Shown here: one piece after another, positions 26,179 through 39,464 of the stretch
Numbering within the stretch: the stretch's first letter is position 1
Layout: every line of letters starts with the position of its first letter
Origin: Selaginella moellendorffii
Taxonomy: Eukaryota > Plantae > Lycopodiophyta
Assembly: GCF_000143415.4 (NCBI RefSeq)
Contig: NW_003314329.1
Span: 869,763-933,762 of the forward strand
Direction of reading: 5' to 3'
DNA: 64,000 nucleotides
The notes under the pieces: model-generated
What the model saw: only the letters and a program-made list of their open reading frames with translations
Told to the model about the DNA's origin: nothing
Databases searched by the model: none
Translations under genes and position numbers: made by a program

Positions 26179-27951
26179 ATGGCCGTTGCCGCGCCAATAG
26201 GTCATCACCGTTCATTTCTCTGCGCTCCACAGCCGGGGCGTCTCGTGCGGAAGATCGGCAACAGCATGCGCCATAATGTAGTGACGATCGACTTCTCGGA
26301 GCTCCAGGTGAGATTTCCTGCCTCGGATCGAATGAGCGATCGATTCTTGCTGTAGAATGAAGCTGTGAATTTTTCTGAGGAGCTCGAGGCGGGATTTGGA
26401 GCTCAAGGACTGGGAATTATTGCCGTTTCGAACGTAAGCTTTGAATGGAATTTTACTTCCACGAGCATTCTTTTTGTGTTTTTTTTCAGGTTCCGGGATT
26501 CACTGAAATGCGGAGTAATCTGTTAAATCTTGCGCAGAGGTATCGAGTATAGTCTCTTCTTACTCAATGTTTTCGATTTTTCTGTGCAGCCTTTCTTCTC
26601 TTCCCGAAAATGTTCTCAAGGAGCTAGAAGATCCAGCAAGCAGGTAACTCAAAAGTTTCTAGCTAGAACTTCCGTATAAGCGTCTCGCAGATTTTCTTTT
26701 GGTTGGAGCCACGGAAAAGAGTTCCTAGAATCCGGCCAACCTGGTACGTATTCGTTCGTAACGGTTTTGTTGTCCTTCTTTCGAGTTCATATGTTCCTTC
26801 TGGTTTAGATGAGCTTAAAGCTTCGTTTTATGCGAATCCAATCGTGGACAGACCGACCGATGACCCAGCTCTCATAGAAAGGTTTGTTTACTTCCTTCTC
26901 ACAAATTTTAACCGGTCTCAATGTACGCAGGTATCCATCTTATTGTCGAGCGAACTTATGGCCCGGAAAGGAGTTACCTGACCTTGAATCAAGTACATCT
27001 CTGTTTTCTCTTTACGTGGATGATGTTTTCTTCTATCACTTTGCAGGTTTTAAGAAACTCGGAAGTCTGATTGTGAAGGTTGGCCTGCAGCTCGCAGCTC
27101 ACTGCGACAAACATGGTGGAGATCCTTTTCCTGTTCGTCTTCTCTAATTTCCTGTCCCTTCAGTGTCTCGCAAGGGCGGTGATGCAAGGCTCACGGACAT
27201 GCTCAAGAACTCTTTGTGCCACAAAGGCCGTCTGCTCCATTATTACCCAAGGTTTCGTTGCTCCTCCTGCTGTAAATTTCTAAAAGCTTCTTGCAGCAAA
27301 TGCTCAGGCACAAAGTCATCGTCGTGGTGTGGCTGGCACGTCGATCACGGATCTCTTACAGGCACGTTTTCAAGTTACGCGGTGCGCTTTTGTCGAACTT
27401 AACATTTTTTCTTTTGGTGCGTTAAAGGATTGACCTGTGCAATGTACACAAGAGAAGGAAGGGAAATAGACTGTCCTGATTCTGAAGCAGGGCTTTATGT
27501 TAGGACTCGGTCTGGTGCAATTGTCAAGGTAAACGAAGTGCTTGTCCATACGGATCAAAGTGTTGAAAGTGTCTTCGTGTAGGCAACTTTCGGAAAGGAT
27601 GACATTGCTTACCAGGTAGGAGAAGCGACGGAGCTAATGTCGAATGGTGCATTTCACGCGACACCACATTGTGTTCGAGTACGTGTCTTTTACTTCTTTT
27701 GTGTCCTCTTTCGTAACAATGTCTACACAGACGGCTCAAGACGATCCCCTTGTGGAAAGGAACACGTTTGCAGTGTTTATGCAACCTCACTGGTAACTCT
27801 CTCACTTTCGTAAATCGGCACGTAACTTGGTTCGCGCAGGGACGAAGAACTTGTTTCGCGAGACAGGAAAACAGTTTCGTTTGGAGATTTCTCCGAGTCC
27901 CTGCTTTCCACCTATTACGGAACAGCATCATCTTCACGAGTCACCTTGTAA
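26179..27951 (+). CDS. 2-oxoglutarate/Fe(II)-dependent dioxygenase (spliced, about 14 exons)
   Basis: Spliced reading gives GFGAQGLGIIAV, FSFGWSHGKE, SFYANP, WCGWHVDHGSLTGL (HxD), ATPHCV (distal His) and RNTFAVFMQP. Introns about 45-70 nt. TAA at 27949-27951. Confidence 0.85.
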
Positions 27952-28145
27952 AACTCGACGTTCCTTCAAAAAACTACTGTGCTTGCGCGACTTTCCAGAT
28001 TTGACGCCGTATCTATCCACAAATGTAAAGGGTTGCTAATCTTGGAGCAGCGCCTTCATCCGGTTGGGCAAGGTAACGGCTCTGACCCGACTCTTTGTTA
28101 CGTTTTAAGCGCGAGGGCAAAGAAACAGATCACCGACTCGAAAAG

Positions 28146-30950
28146 ATGGAGGCCGGACAAGTCAGCTCTGCGGCAACTCGAAGAGCTCTGGTTCTCACAG
28201 GCCATCTCAAAGAGATCGACAAAGGGTCTTCGTTGGTGGTGCGCCAGCCGTGCCTGGAGTACTCCCCTCCGGAGCTCAATTCAGGTACTTTTTTCTCCTT
28301 TGGGTTCTTGAATTTCCTTTTCATGTTTTTGATCTTCCAGGAGAGCCCGCATTCGATATAGAGTTGATGCAGGGATTGCTGGACGGACACGATGCTCAAA
28401 CCCGCACTTTTATCTTCAATCTCATGTCTGAGAGCGATTTGTTCGTCTCCAGGAGAGTGGGTCGACGGGTTTTCTTGGGAGCTGATTACAATCAACCGAT
28501 GGAAGTCCAGAGGGAGCTGACCATGAAGAGAATTCAGTATTTTCTTGACAGGGGTGTGTTTCGTGGATGGCTTACAGACGATCGGCCACAGTCCGCGCTC
28601 CGTATGGCTGCTATGTTCGAGTACATCGGCCTGTTTGATCATTCACTGGCAATTAAGCTCGGTGTTCACTTCCACTTGTGGTATGCTCTCAGCATTTCTT
28701 TTTAGTTTCATGTGAGCTTGACATTTGTATATAGGGGGGGATCAGTGAAGTACCTTGGTTCCAAGAGGCATCACGATAAGTGGTTGCTGCCAACGGAGGA
28801 ATTCTCTGTCATAGGCTGCTTTGCAATGACTGAACTCGGGCATGGAAGCAATGTTCGTAGCTTCTTTTCTCTTTTTTGTTTTCTTTGTGCTTGAGTGGTT
28901 TATGATCTTTTCAGGTCCGAGGGATTGAAACTATAACTGTGTACGATCCATCAACAAAGGAGTTTGTTATCAACACTCCATGCGAGTCTGCTCAGAAATA
29001 CTGGATAGGAGGAGCGGCAATGGTAAAAAGCATCACTGTTTTTTTTATTTTCGGCAACTGACAAATCCTGTGTTTGTTTCCAGCACGCTACTCATACAGT
29101 GGTCTTCTCTCAGCTGCATATGAATGGAAAGAACGAGGGAGTGCACGCATTTATTGCTGAAATAAGGAGTCCGGATGGGCGAATTTGTCCAGGTGTGCGT
29201 ATTGCCGATTGTGGCCACAAGATCGGACTGAACGGGGTGGACAATGGCCGCATCTGGTATTGTTTTTCCAACTTGCAGAGTTTAGGAGATGAACTCAAAC
29301 TTTTTGTTTTTGTCCAGGTTTGATAATAAACGCGTACCTCGTGAAAACTTGCTCAACTCCGTAGCCGATGTAACACCAGATGGTCGGTACGTGAGTAATA
29401 TAACAGATGCAGATCAGGTAAGGTGTTTTGTTCTCTGAGCTGGTACTTTTCTTATCTTCCTGTGATATTATTCAGAGGTTTGGTGCTTTCATGGCTCCTC
29501 TAACGTCTGGACGTGTTACCATTGCTGTCAGTGCTGTTTATCAATCAAAGGTTTGCCACTTGTATACTTTAGCTTCTTTTTCTTCATAGAGCTGATTTAA
29601 GGTTGGCCTTGCAACGGCTTTGCGCTATGCTCTTTCGAGGCGAGCATTTGCTCTTTCTCCCAATGAACCAGAAGTGTTACTTTTGGACTATCCCAGCCAT
29701 CAGCACCGTTTGATACCTTTACTGGCTAAATCGTATGCGTATTGTTTTGCTTTGTAAGTTTTGAACTGACTGATACTTTGCAGATATGCCATGAGTTTTG
29801 CTGCCTGTGATTTGAAGCGCATCTATTACAACAGAAAACCCGAGCACGCGAAGATTATTCACGTACTTTCAAGTGGTTACAAGGCAATGTTCTCCTGGCA
29901 CAACCTCAAAACACTGCAGGTAAGCCCAGATGTGTTCGACATGAGCTTGTAATGAATTCCCCTGCTTTAGGAATGTCGTGAAGCCTGTGGCGGACAAGGT
30001 TTAAAATCTGAGAACAAAGTCGGGCAGCTCAAAGCAGAATACGATGTGCAACTGACGTTTGAGGGCGACAACAACGTTTTGATGCAGCAGGTACTGTTGT
30101 CGTAAGTTTACCTTCGAATTCCTTTTCGTTCCTCAGGTTAGTAAAGCGTTGCTTGGAGATTTTTTCACGTCGCAAAAGAAGCAACAGCCTATGAAAGGCC
30201 TCGGCTTAGAACATATGAATGGACCACCTCCTACAATTGGGACCAATGCCAACGTCAGGGACGTAACGTTTCAGGTACACCATCATGTCGGTCGTTTTGT
30301 TACTGACCTGCGCTTTGCAGCTCGCTTTGTTTCGGCTTCGCGAAAGAGATCTGCTAGTAAAACTTGCACAGCAAGTGCGTGAACTCGTGTCCAAAGGATC
30401 AACCATGGCGAATGCAACGCTTGCGGTGAGTCTAACCGCGCCGATTGCTACGTTTTCGTAAGCTAACCTTCTTTCGCTTTCAGAGTTATCAATTGGCTGA
30501 GGACTTGGGACGTGCCTTCTCTGAGCGTTCGGTTTTGGAAAGCATTCTAAGCGTAGAAAACTCTCTCGCCCCAAGCCCTGAGAAGGTACCAGTGTTTTCA
30601 GAACCTTGCGAAATAACAAGCCATCCTTTCAAACAGACAATTCTGGGCTTGTTGCGCTCATTATTTGTAGCTACGACAGTGGACGAAGATCCAGTATTTC
30701 TCAGGTAAGCGCTTCCTGTTTTATGGCATTCTCTAAAGCAACGCTACGACGTTGTTCATCCAGGCATGCATACTTGAGCCCGGATCAAGCATTGTCGATA
30801 CAAAAAGAAGTTGCGAGCTTGTGTCGCGAGATCCGACCCTTCATTCTCAGCTTGGTGGACGCATTTGGAATCCCAGCACCGTTTCTTGGGCCCATAGCGT
30901 TTGATTGGATCGCAGCGAATTCCTGGGACCTGGAAGAAGCAAGAAGCTAG
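28146..30950 (+). CDS. ACX3: Peroxisomal acyl-CoA oxidase, ACX3-like (multi-exon)
   Basis: N-terminal PTS2-like [47 protein letters not shown] and [12 protein letters not shown] (catalytic Glu). Confidence 0.88.
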
Positions 30951-31015
30951 AGTAACCTTTTCTCTATTTCCATTTGAAAACCAAAGCTAAGATCTTTCCG
31001 CAAAAACTCGTGATC

Positions 31016-32326
31016 ATGGTAAGACTCATAACCCTAATTTAGACAAAGTTGGCATAGGGCTTGATGGATTGGGATGCGCGTACACAGGTTATTCGGAGCC
31101 TGCAAGCGGCGGTGCCTTCAGATGGCGACGGAAGCTTCTTCGGTCGGCAGGCAGAGCTGAGGGCATTGCTGGAGCGCTTGGCTGCTCCTCCTCTGTGTGT
31201 GACTGTTGTTATTGGGCCTGACGATTGTGGGAAAACCAAGCTGCTCAAGCGGCTCGAGGAGATTTGGCTTTCGAATGAGGAGTTGGCGGCTACTTGTCCA
31301 GTGTTTTACTTCGACCTGAGGGTACAGTTGTGGAGCACGCCTCAGGATGCAGCGGATCATTTGCACAAAGAGTACAGGACATGGGCTGAAAAGGTGACGC
31401 AGAGGAAAGCTGCCGGTGTGGACATAGCGCTCAAAGGTTTCTCGGAGCTTCTTCCGCCTCATAACACGGCTAACTCGACCGATCTGGCCAAGGTAATGGA
31501 GGCCTTCTGTGCAGTAATCGACACAGCTCAAACGATGTACCCAGTCTTCATCATTGATGAAGCTGACAGGCTGAAGAACTTGGAAACGAGTGAGCTTATA
31601 ACATTCTTTGGATTCTTCAAGAAGCAGAACAACAAAGCACATCTCATACTCAGCAGCTCTGATGACTTCTTCAGGGTGTGGCTGCAAGATATGTTCAATT
31701 CCTTACAGTGGGAGCCGTTTGGGGTGGGCTACCTTCCAGAAGCAGAAGCACGCAAGTTCTTCGCTGGTCACTCTGTTCCAGCTGCTCGAGGGACACTCCC
31801 TGCAACGTTTGGAGACTCTGATTGGAATGGCATTTTTGCAGTATGTGGGGGGTCTCCTATGCTTCTCAACTGGTGCGCCTGGGCCAAATTTGTCAATGCC
31901 TTCACCTGGAAGGAAGCAGCGAATGCTCTTACGAGCCAGAGTCTATGTAGAGTGAAACTGGGTTTGGCAGCTACCAAGGCTGCCATGGGCTTCTCCGGGC
32001 ATAAGTATGAATTGATCTGCGCTAAAATAGTGCAATGTGGGTATGTAAGCCTCAAAGATGTGCTTGCTGAAATCTACGACAGGGACAAAGCAGAGTGCAA
32101 GGACGAGATGCTAGCCATGGTGTCGAGCAAAGCCATCCACATACGCTATGTGACGGCAAAGACATCTTATGGGGATGTGAGCCTGTCTGAAATTGATGAT
32201 GCTGGTGGTGAGGTTGACCTCGTCATGGCCCGCTCTCCTGCCCAACGAGCAGCTATGAAAGAGTTATGTTTCATTCCAAGTCAGGAGAAGTCTGATCCGC
32301 GCGTCCTAGGGACAACGGCAGCCTAG
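31016..32326 (+). CDS. P-loop ATPase (STAND/archaeal-ATPase-like), about 420 aa
   Basis: Long open frame with FFGRQAEL, Walker A GPDDCGKT, Walker B FIIDEAD, LILSSS and a GGSP (GxP) motif. Start is either ATG 31064 or ATG 31016 followed by a 39-nt intron. Confidence 0.75.
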
Positions 32327-32581
32327 AGTCGAGATAGCAAAAAATATTTGCAGATTGGAGCCAGTCCTAGCTCATTCTTCCTTCTGGTTTCGATAGCCTC
32401 GTTAAAATTCAAAACGTTTGCTTACTTCTTTTGCATGCGCATCGTTCAGTGTTTCGCAAGGGTGGTAGGCTCTCAACAACACTTAAACCCAACGTTTCTC
32501 CGAAATAAGGAAAGCAGAAGAACGTCCCCAAAGGGAGGAACATCTCATTTTGTAGCTCCACACTTTACTTGCGCGAATTCT

Positions 32582-33113
32582 GCAGGGACGAAGAACTTGT
32601 TTCGCGAGTTCATGCTTTTACCAAATACTACAGACAGCAGCATGGTCATGAATCACACTACGAGGTACTTCATCTTTCCGTTTTCATGTTTCAGGAGGAG
32701 AAACTTCACTTTCACTTCGGAGCTGATAAGAATCATCCAATGTCCGGAGAGTTTGAGTTTCAGGTCTGTTTTGTTACTGATCTGTGGTCCATTTGTTCGG
32801 CAAATGGTGAGTCTAATCTCTATACTGGCTAAGTTTTTCTGAGTGAAGTTCCTTTCGCTATCAGAGTATGAATGAGCTGAGGACTTGGGGGCCGTTCTCT
32901 GAGCATTGTCCAGTGCCAGAATCTAGACTGCTTGCTTGTGATCTTTTCGAGCAGACAATTCTCGTCATTTGCAGCTGTGACAGTGGACGAAGATCCAGTT
33001 TTTCTCAGGTAAGCGTTTTGGCAAGGTAAAGCTTTCATACTCACAGCCTGGTCGACGCAACTGGCATCGTTTCTTGGATCGATAGCGTTTTGATTGGATC
33101 GCAGCGAACTCCT
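32582..33113 (+). pseudogene. Heavily deleted third relic of the dioxygenase last exon and ACX 3' exons
   Basis: 32582-32608 matches 27836-27862. About 32861-32905, 32952-33015 and 33063-33113 match ACX 30480-30925 in order. Confidence 0.7.
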
Positions 33114-33225
33114 CGCAGCTCGCAGGAAGAAGCAAGCGCGAGAAGCTTCAAGAGAGAACTCTTTCTCTCTTAAAGCCAAAGAAAGTGTATAGCAAATAAT
33201 AAACTAGACTCGTCAATTTTTAGGG

Positions 33226-34995
33226 ATGGCGTCGTCCTCACAGGGAGGAGGCGGGGAGGACGACGACGACGACGAGGGCGTGTGTAGGATGAGCGTGGAG
33301 CTCCGCACGGGCAGGGATGAGCTCCAGGCGAACAAGAAGAAGCTGCGATTGTCGCTGGCATCGCTGCCGCGAGCTGCCGTGGCGCGAGCTGCGATCTCGC
33401 TCAAGCGCGTCAGGGTAAACAGGGATTCCACCGCGCAGCTTGCCGTCTTCATGCTCAAGGTCGGGGCGCTCGAGGCCTTGCGGCGAGGTCTCCAGCACCG
33501 ATGCCCGCCCCTGTGGTGGATCATCCAGGCGATCCCTCTCTTCCGCGCGCCTCCATTCGCGTGGCTCCAGCGATGGTATCCCTTTCGCTGCCTGATCCAG
33601 GGCACGCAGGTCTGGAAATATTTCGATTCGGTGATACTTCGCTCATCGATTTTCACTCCAGATCTTCTCCAAGCCTGTGGTCTTCCTGTCGATCGCCACG
33701 GCTCTCACGAATGCATGGGATCAGCACGGGCGGCCGGGCGAGGGGAGTATTTTCCCAGCGCCGCCGCCATTGCCCTCGCCTCCTCCCAGTCCTCGATCGC
33801 CTTCTCCAAGATCGCTGCAAGACAGGTAAGATTTCCATCTCTATACCGTTCTAGACTGAGATCGATTGGCAGGGAAGACTCCCAGGCGATGGCCTTGAGG
33901 AAACTGCTGGAAGAACACGGCATATTCGTACCCGACAGGTGTGATGCTTGTTTGTCGCTCTCTCTTTTCATCGCTTATATCATCTTTGCTCTAGGATAAG
34001 CAACGATGAACTACACAGGTTCTATCAAGCAGCCAACAAAAGCAACAAACGTTTCGTAGCGCTTGTGAAGAAGAACGTCGGGTGGCGGCAAAACTTTCGA
34101 TTCCTTTCCTGCCGAGAGCTCGACGAATGGTCCGAGCTCGTCTACTGGCACCACCACGACTCCCAAGACAGGCCTTTGCTCATCATCCGTCTGGGCCTCG
34201 CTTCTACTACGCTCGTTTCGTCCCAGCGGCCACGCTTTGCGCAGGCAATCGGTGCTAAAAACTCTCGTTCTTTTTGTCTGTGGTCTTTCTAACGCTTGTG
34301 TTTTTTTTTTCCAGTCTCCCAGATTGAATTCGGCGTCGTCAACTTGCTAAGGGGCGAGGATCCTCGAATCACTGTTGTCCTCGACTGTGCCGGAGCTCCG
34401 GCTGTGGGATTTCCGCTCCAGATGACGAAGTCCTGCTGCGTCCTTGTACAGGAGAACTATCCGACCCGACTTGCCGCACTATTTATTGTCAATCTTCCGC
34501 CTTTTGTTCGAGTAGTCGCCACCGCGATTGTTCAGGTCATGTTTCTAATCCCGTTTTTCTTCTTTCCGTCTATAACGGCATGAGTTTCAACAGATTCTCA
34601 AGCCTGCCACCCGCGACAAGATTTATGTGGAAAGCGACGACTGTGCACGAATCCTGGCGGAGCATTTGGGTGGACTCGATTGGGTTCCGATTTACCTCGG
34701 GGGCAACTGCAAGTGTTCTCTTTGCAACGAGGCTCGCGCTGCCTTGGACGAGGAAAGACAGGATCGTCTACACGAGCTGGTCCAGGGCGTCGGCAACAAT
34801 CGTCAGCAGCAACAGCAAATCTCTTTCGGACAAAGAGATTATCTATTCAGTGACCAGGACGAGGAGGACGTGACTCCCTTCCAGTCATGCACTCGAGTTC
34901 TGAGAGTGGCCATCATCGGCCTGCTGATGCTGTGGATTGTGGTCGCCCTCGTCGCTGGTTTGTACGAGCCTCACCTGGATGAGCTTCCGACTTGA
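33226..34995 (+). CDS. CRAL-TRIO/Sec14-like lipid-binding protein with C-terminal transmembrane helix (spliced)
   Basis: ELHRFYQAAN...WR, YWHHHDSQDRPLLIIRLG, ITVVLDC, QENYPTRL, PIYLGGNC and a hydrophobic C-terminal segment. Confidence 0.8.
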
Positions 34996-35236
34996 TCAAT
35001 CACAGGCGAGATTCTCTCGAGTTTTATTAGGTGGTAAAACCCGTAATAAGTGACTCGTTTGCCGTTTTGCTGCTCCTTCGCGCATTCAATGCACCTCACA
35101 GGAGAAACAGGCAGAAGAAAAGAAAGTCACTCGCCATGTCCTGCTTCCCTTTTCTCCTGGGTGAGTTGCTTCTTCGTCTTCGTCGCCTTCTTGTTCCAGG
35201 GAAGAAGCAGATCTACAACTGGTGGTCTTCCTTGCA

Positions 35237-36601
35237 ATGGAGAGACTGGACTCGACACTGAGTTGTGAGCAGGCCCTGGGGAACAAAGACTATGTCGAGG
35301 AGATGATCCAGAAGCAACTTTTCAGCTCGCCACTACTGAATTTGACAGGTTCTTATCTGCTCTTCGTTTGATTTTTCTGGCCGACTGCTAATGTTAGCTA
35401 GCACGCACAGGGGGGCAGAAAATGGACGATGATTCGTACCAAGCTACTATCAAGATGAAAACTGAGGAGATGCTGGAAGTTCTGGAGTCTCTGAGGCTTG
35501 GCACGGATTGGAAGGTTGAGGACGAAAGCCAGGACTTGAGAATTATGTACTGTCCTGGTCGTGGTACGCCATTTCACAGCTACTGTGTCGAAGGCATTGT
35601 CAATGCTCCGCTTGTTCATGGTAAGATTGAAGCTTCTTTTCATACTCCGTCTTGCATTATCGACAGTTATAAATCAACTGTGATTTTTATCTACAGCTCT
35701 GTGCGTGATGTGGGAAGTTCCTTGCTTTAAAAAATGGTGAGGCGATTGATGAAGTGTCTCTGTCTGTAAGCAAAGCCTTTCGTTCCAACTTTCCTTACAG
35801 GTGGCCTCACTTTACTGTGCCTTCGTTTAAAGTGTTGGAGTCCCAATGGCTGAGGATGCTTCGCATTTGCGAGAACCTTTTCCACATGAGGTACTTCGAC
35901 GTTGTTAAGACGTCCCGCGTTTAAATTCTACAAGCTCTTGCCAGGTGCAAGGTTCCATGGCCGTTTGCGACAAGAGAAATGCTGGTCACGTCTTTCGAAC
36001 TGGAGCTACCTGAATTGGATGCCGTGGTTGGCTGCTTGCGAACAGTTAAGCTATCAATCACTGTGCCTCTTTTGTTATTTTATTCACTCCAATGGTGGTG
36101 ATTTGCCAGGTCCCCCAGGAAGCAGAGACTATCGTCAAGGAGACCATCCATGGTTTTAATGCTTCTCATTTGCCTCCTCCAAAAGAGGGCGTCATTCGCA
36201 TGGAAGCCAACGGTGGATTTATCCTCCAGAAGATTAGCGACGAGAAATGCTACATAAGGTACGCTATTAGTTTTTTTTTTTTTTTTCTTCTTCTTAAGAT
36301 AGTCACTACTTCTTTTACAGAGCAGTAATACACCTGGACCTTAAGCTCGACCTTGTTCCGACATGGGTGATTAACTTCCTTGGGCGTCAAGTTGTGGGAC
36401 ATGGCTTCAGGCTATACCTCAAGGTATATTTCTTTCCTTTTGGGGTGAAAAGTGTCTAAGCTTTGTGTGTTACAACAGACTGTTTCTTCTGTTAAAGAGA
36501 GCAAAGTGTTTCAAGAATGCATCAGGCAACAGCCACTCTACAGCCGCATAACGTTACAGATGCTACCAAAATCGAGCCACGAAAATGGATACAAGAGTTG
36601 A
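35237..36601 (+). CDS. START/SRPBCC lipid-transfer domain protein (spliced, start uncertain)
   Basis: DWKV...LRIMY, VPWPFATRE, IRMEANGGFILQKI, LDLKLDLVPTWVINF. TGA at 36599-36601. Confidence 0.75.
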
Positions 36602-36780
36602 GGTGCTTTTCATACGAACTATTCATAAGCTTCCTGCACAAGAGCATTTACATTTATAAACAAAGAGGACTTTGAGGCCCTACTCCTGAAAAGTCCGAAC
36701 TTATTCATCACATATATGCAAGGTGGGTTTTATAAGATTTCTGTTGTTTTGCATGTCTAGAAAAATTTGCTGCACGCTCC

Positions 36781-37310
36781 ATACCAAAAAATTCGATTGG
36801 GTCTCTGGCTGTGGATTCGAACCTGTGACCTTGCCAATATATTTCTTTATTCTAGCCAGATATCCGGCCACCAGGTTCCCGTCCAAAGTGTACACTAATT
36901 GCTTCTTAACGTATACCATAATGTAAACAGCGGCGCAAGAGATTTTCGTTTTGTGGGCGCTCAGCTCGTTGGTGCTGTCAAGCTCAAGAAAGAAACCATT
37001 CTCTTCTGGATGGAATGAAACTCAACTCTCACTTGCTCCATGCTCTGGATGGACTCTGCATCTCAATCTGAGCAAGCAGCTGATGCAGAAGCTACTTTTG
37101 AGAAACAAAGTATAAGTAGAACCAGCAACATCCGTTTAAGATATTGTTCTGGAAGATGGCTTGTCTGAGCACGAGTCCCGGTCCCCAGAATCTATTCTTC
37201 ACTTGGTTGTCAAAGCTGGAGGTCCATAGGTTTGGATCCTTTCACATCCTCGGGGCGTGAGACTTGGAGCTGTGAGAGCCTTGACCGAGCTCAAGTTCAA
37301 TCAGCTGAGT
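36781..37310 (-). repeat. Composite repeat copy 1 (inverted relative to copies at 43.4-45.1 kb and 49.5-50.9 kb)
   Basis: Reverse complement of about 49710-50365 and 43690-44505. Includes a tRNA-like B-box. Confidence 0.85.
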
Positions 37311-37349
37311 GATCCCATATACAAACCTCAACAGATCTACCAATAGGTA

Positions 37350-39460
37350 TTATCCCCCACATTTGACAATGTGCTTAAGCTAGCTTTTTTAGCCAAAGGT
37401 ATATAGCAATTAAAGATTAAATATCCCCATCTCATTCATTATGTCTTTGGTGTTATTTGCATTAGAGTGTTCAAGTTAGGTGTGCCAAGTTTTCACACTA
37501 TACACACTAACCAAAAAACTAAATGTCCATGATTACCAAAAATTAAATGTCCTTATATTCCAAACTATCATTATGCCCTAGTGAGTTGGGATTTGAATTC
37601 AAGCACTAGAGGTTTGTATATGCATTTATAAAAGGCATCATTCATGATATTTAACATAACTCTCCATGCTAGTGTACCAAATTAGTTTTTCTTATATACT
37701 AGTGTTATGAGACACAATTGAGGAACATAGTTTCTTCAAACTTCCAAATCTTCTTACTTAATTAGTTAGATGACCAATTTATGATCATACATGAACTCTT
37801 CTAAGTTTGGCCTTTCAAGCCTTCTCTACTGAAGTTAACTCTTCAATTAAAAATCTTATCCCTCTAGCTCATGTAAAATGATTTTATGCATTAGCATGTA
37901 AGTCCTTAAATATTTTTAAACATATAGGAACTACTCCGCAACTTTGATAGCCTTGCCTTATAGCAAGGTTTAAGACCACACTTTTGTTGCACTACTCTAA
38001 TTGTATGCATTTCTATAAACCTTATTTACTCAACTTTCCAAGTACCAGCTTACCCTTTTGGAACATTAAAGGGATACTTTGTTAAAGCCTCTCTTTTCAC
38101 AAGCTTGTTAATTGTCAATTAATCTACCACAAACAATTTCATATTTTATACTCTCCATTGTACCACAATTGCAAATAGCAAAACCCTTGAACATTCATTT
38201 AATTCCCCACTCCCTAGGTTATGTCCCTTAATTCTTATGGTTCAATTTTATCTTTTTATTATTTGTTCTTGTTTTTATATATTCTCTTTACTTATTCTCT
38301 TCCATGCTAAGAGGGTAGCTTTGCATTTCTACCATGCATTAGTAAATATTCTTAGGGATGAACCTACTCAATGATCTAAAGAGTGGTTCCTTAATTTGAA
38401 TATTGTCACCTTACAATATTATACACCAATATTTACATTATTACTCATGGGCCCTTATGTGCCCGTTACTAACTTTGCCAAAATCCTTTTAGCCTTATCC
38501 ATCTTAGGTAAATAATCTATAACTTTCCACAACCTTGGATATTAAATAACACTTTTTATCCATTATTTTTTAGGGATTTAGTTCTTTGGGCTTTATTTAA
38601 TGCTCTTATGATACTAAATACCATATTTTTGGTGTTTTAAGATGTTTAGGTTTCTCAATGATAAATTTCTTAAATAATTAGCATTTCCTTTTACGATATT
38701 AGCTCACTATATTATAACAAAAGCAATTTATCCCTCAAGAGAGATATCTAACTTTTTATCTTGACAAAAAGTCTCAAGAAGTTAGCTTCTGTCAATTCAA
38801 CCAGTTATACCAAATTTTTACTCATTTTCCTTATAGTTATCAAGTCTAACAACTCATTATCAATACTTTCATACCTCTATCATTATTTTGTCAAAACACT
38901 CGAATTCCATACCTTCTATCTTAGGCTATGCTAATTTTGTTTTTATTGGGATACCTTGACAAATGGTTTTCATGAATAAGCCAACTTGATCTCAAGGTAT
39001 TCTCCCTTGAGAGGTGTCTTCACACTATTAGCTTTATAAGCCTATCCTCATGATATATTCCATTTGTGTTTATATCTTTTTGCCAAGGCCATACTTGCTA
39101 TCTCTTATACTAACTATTGATTAGCACTTCACCATTGTGTTTACATACAACTCTTTATAAAAATTATTTTTTTCTATAAACACCTTTTTATGACCTTAGT
39201 ATGACAATGTAAATGACTAAATTTTTCATTTTACTTTAGTCACTTAATCACACTTTTGACCACTTGAAAGAGTGTCACTCACCATATTCCTAACTTAGGG
39301 ACATGCTAGCCTTATAAATGGCATTTATGCCATTTAGCCTTTGCACTTGGTCCAAATGCTCTACATATCCGATCCCACAATAAACACTTAAAGGTACCAC
39401 TGGCATATCAACCCATTACACTAAAGTTATGTCTATTCACTTTTGTTTGGGGGTAGTCCA
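37350..39460 (-). mobile_element. Highly decayed retroelement, probably LINE
   Basis: AT-rich, CpG-poor and ORF-less, with only faint RT-like traces near 38890-39030. Confidence 0.3.
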
Positions 39461-39464
39461 AGAC

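Noticed and set aside
26179-36601. Lipid-metabolism gene cluster (dioxygenase, ACX, CRAL-TRIO, START, all on the plus strand)
   Set aside because: These are common conserved plant genes with no scaffold-forming enzyme and no co-expression evidence. Proximity is expected in a compact genome.
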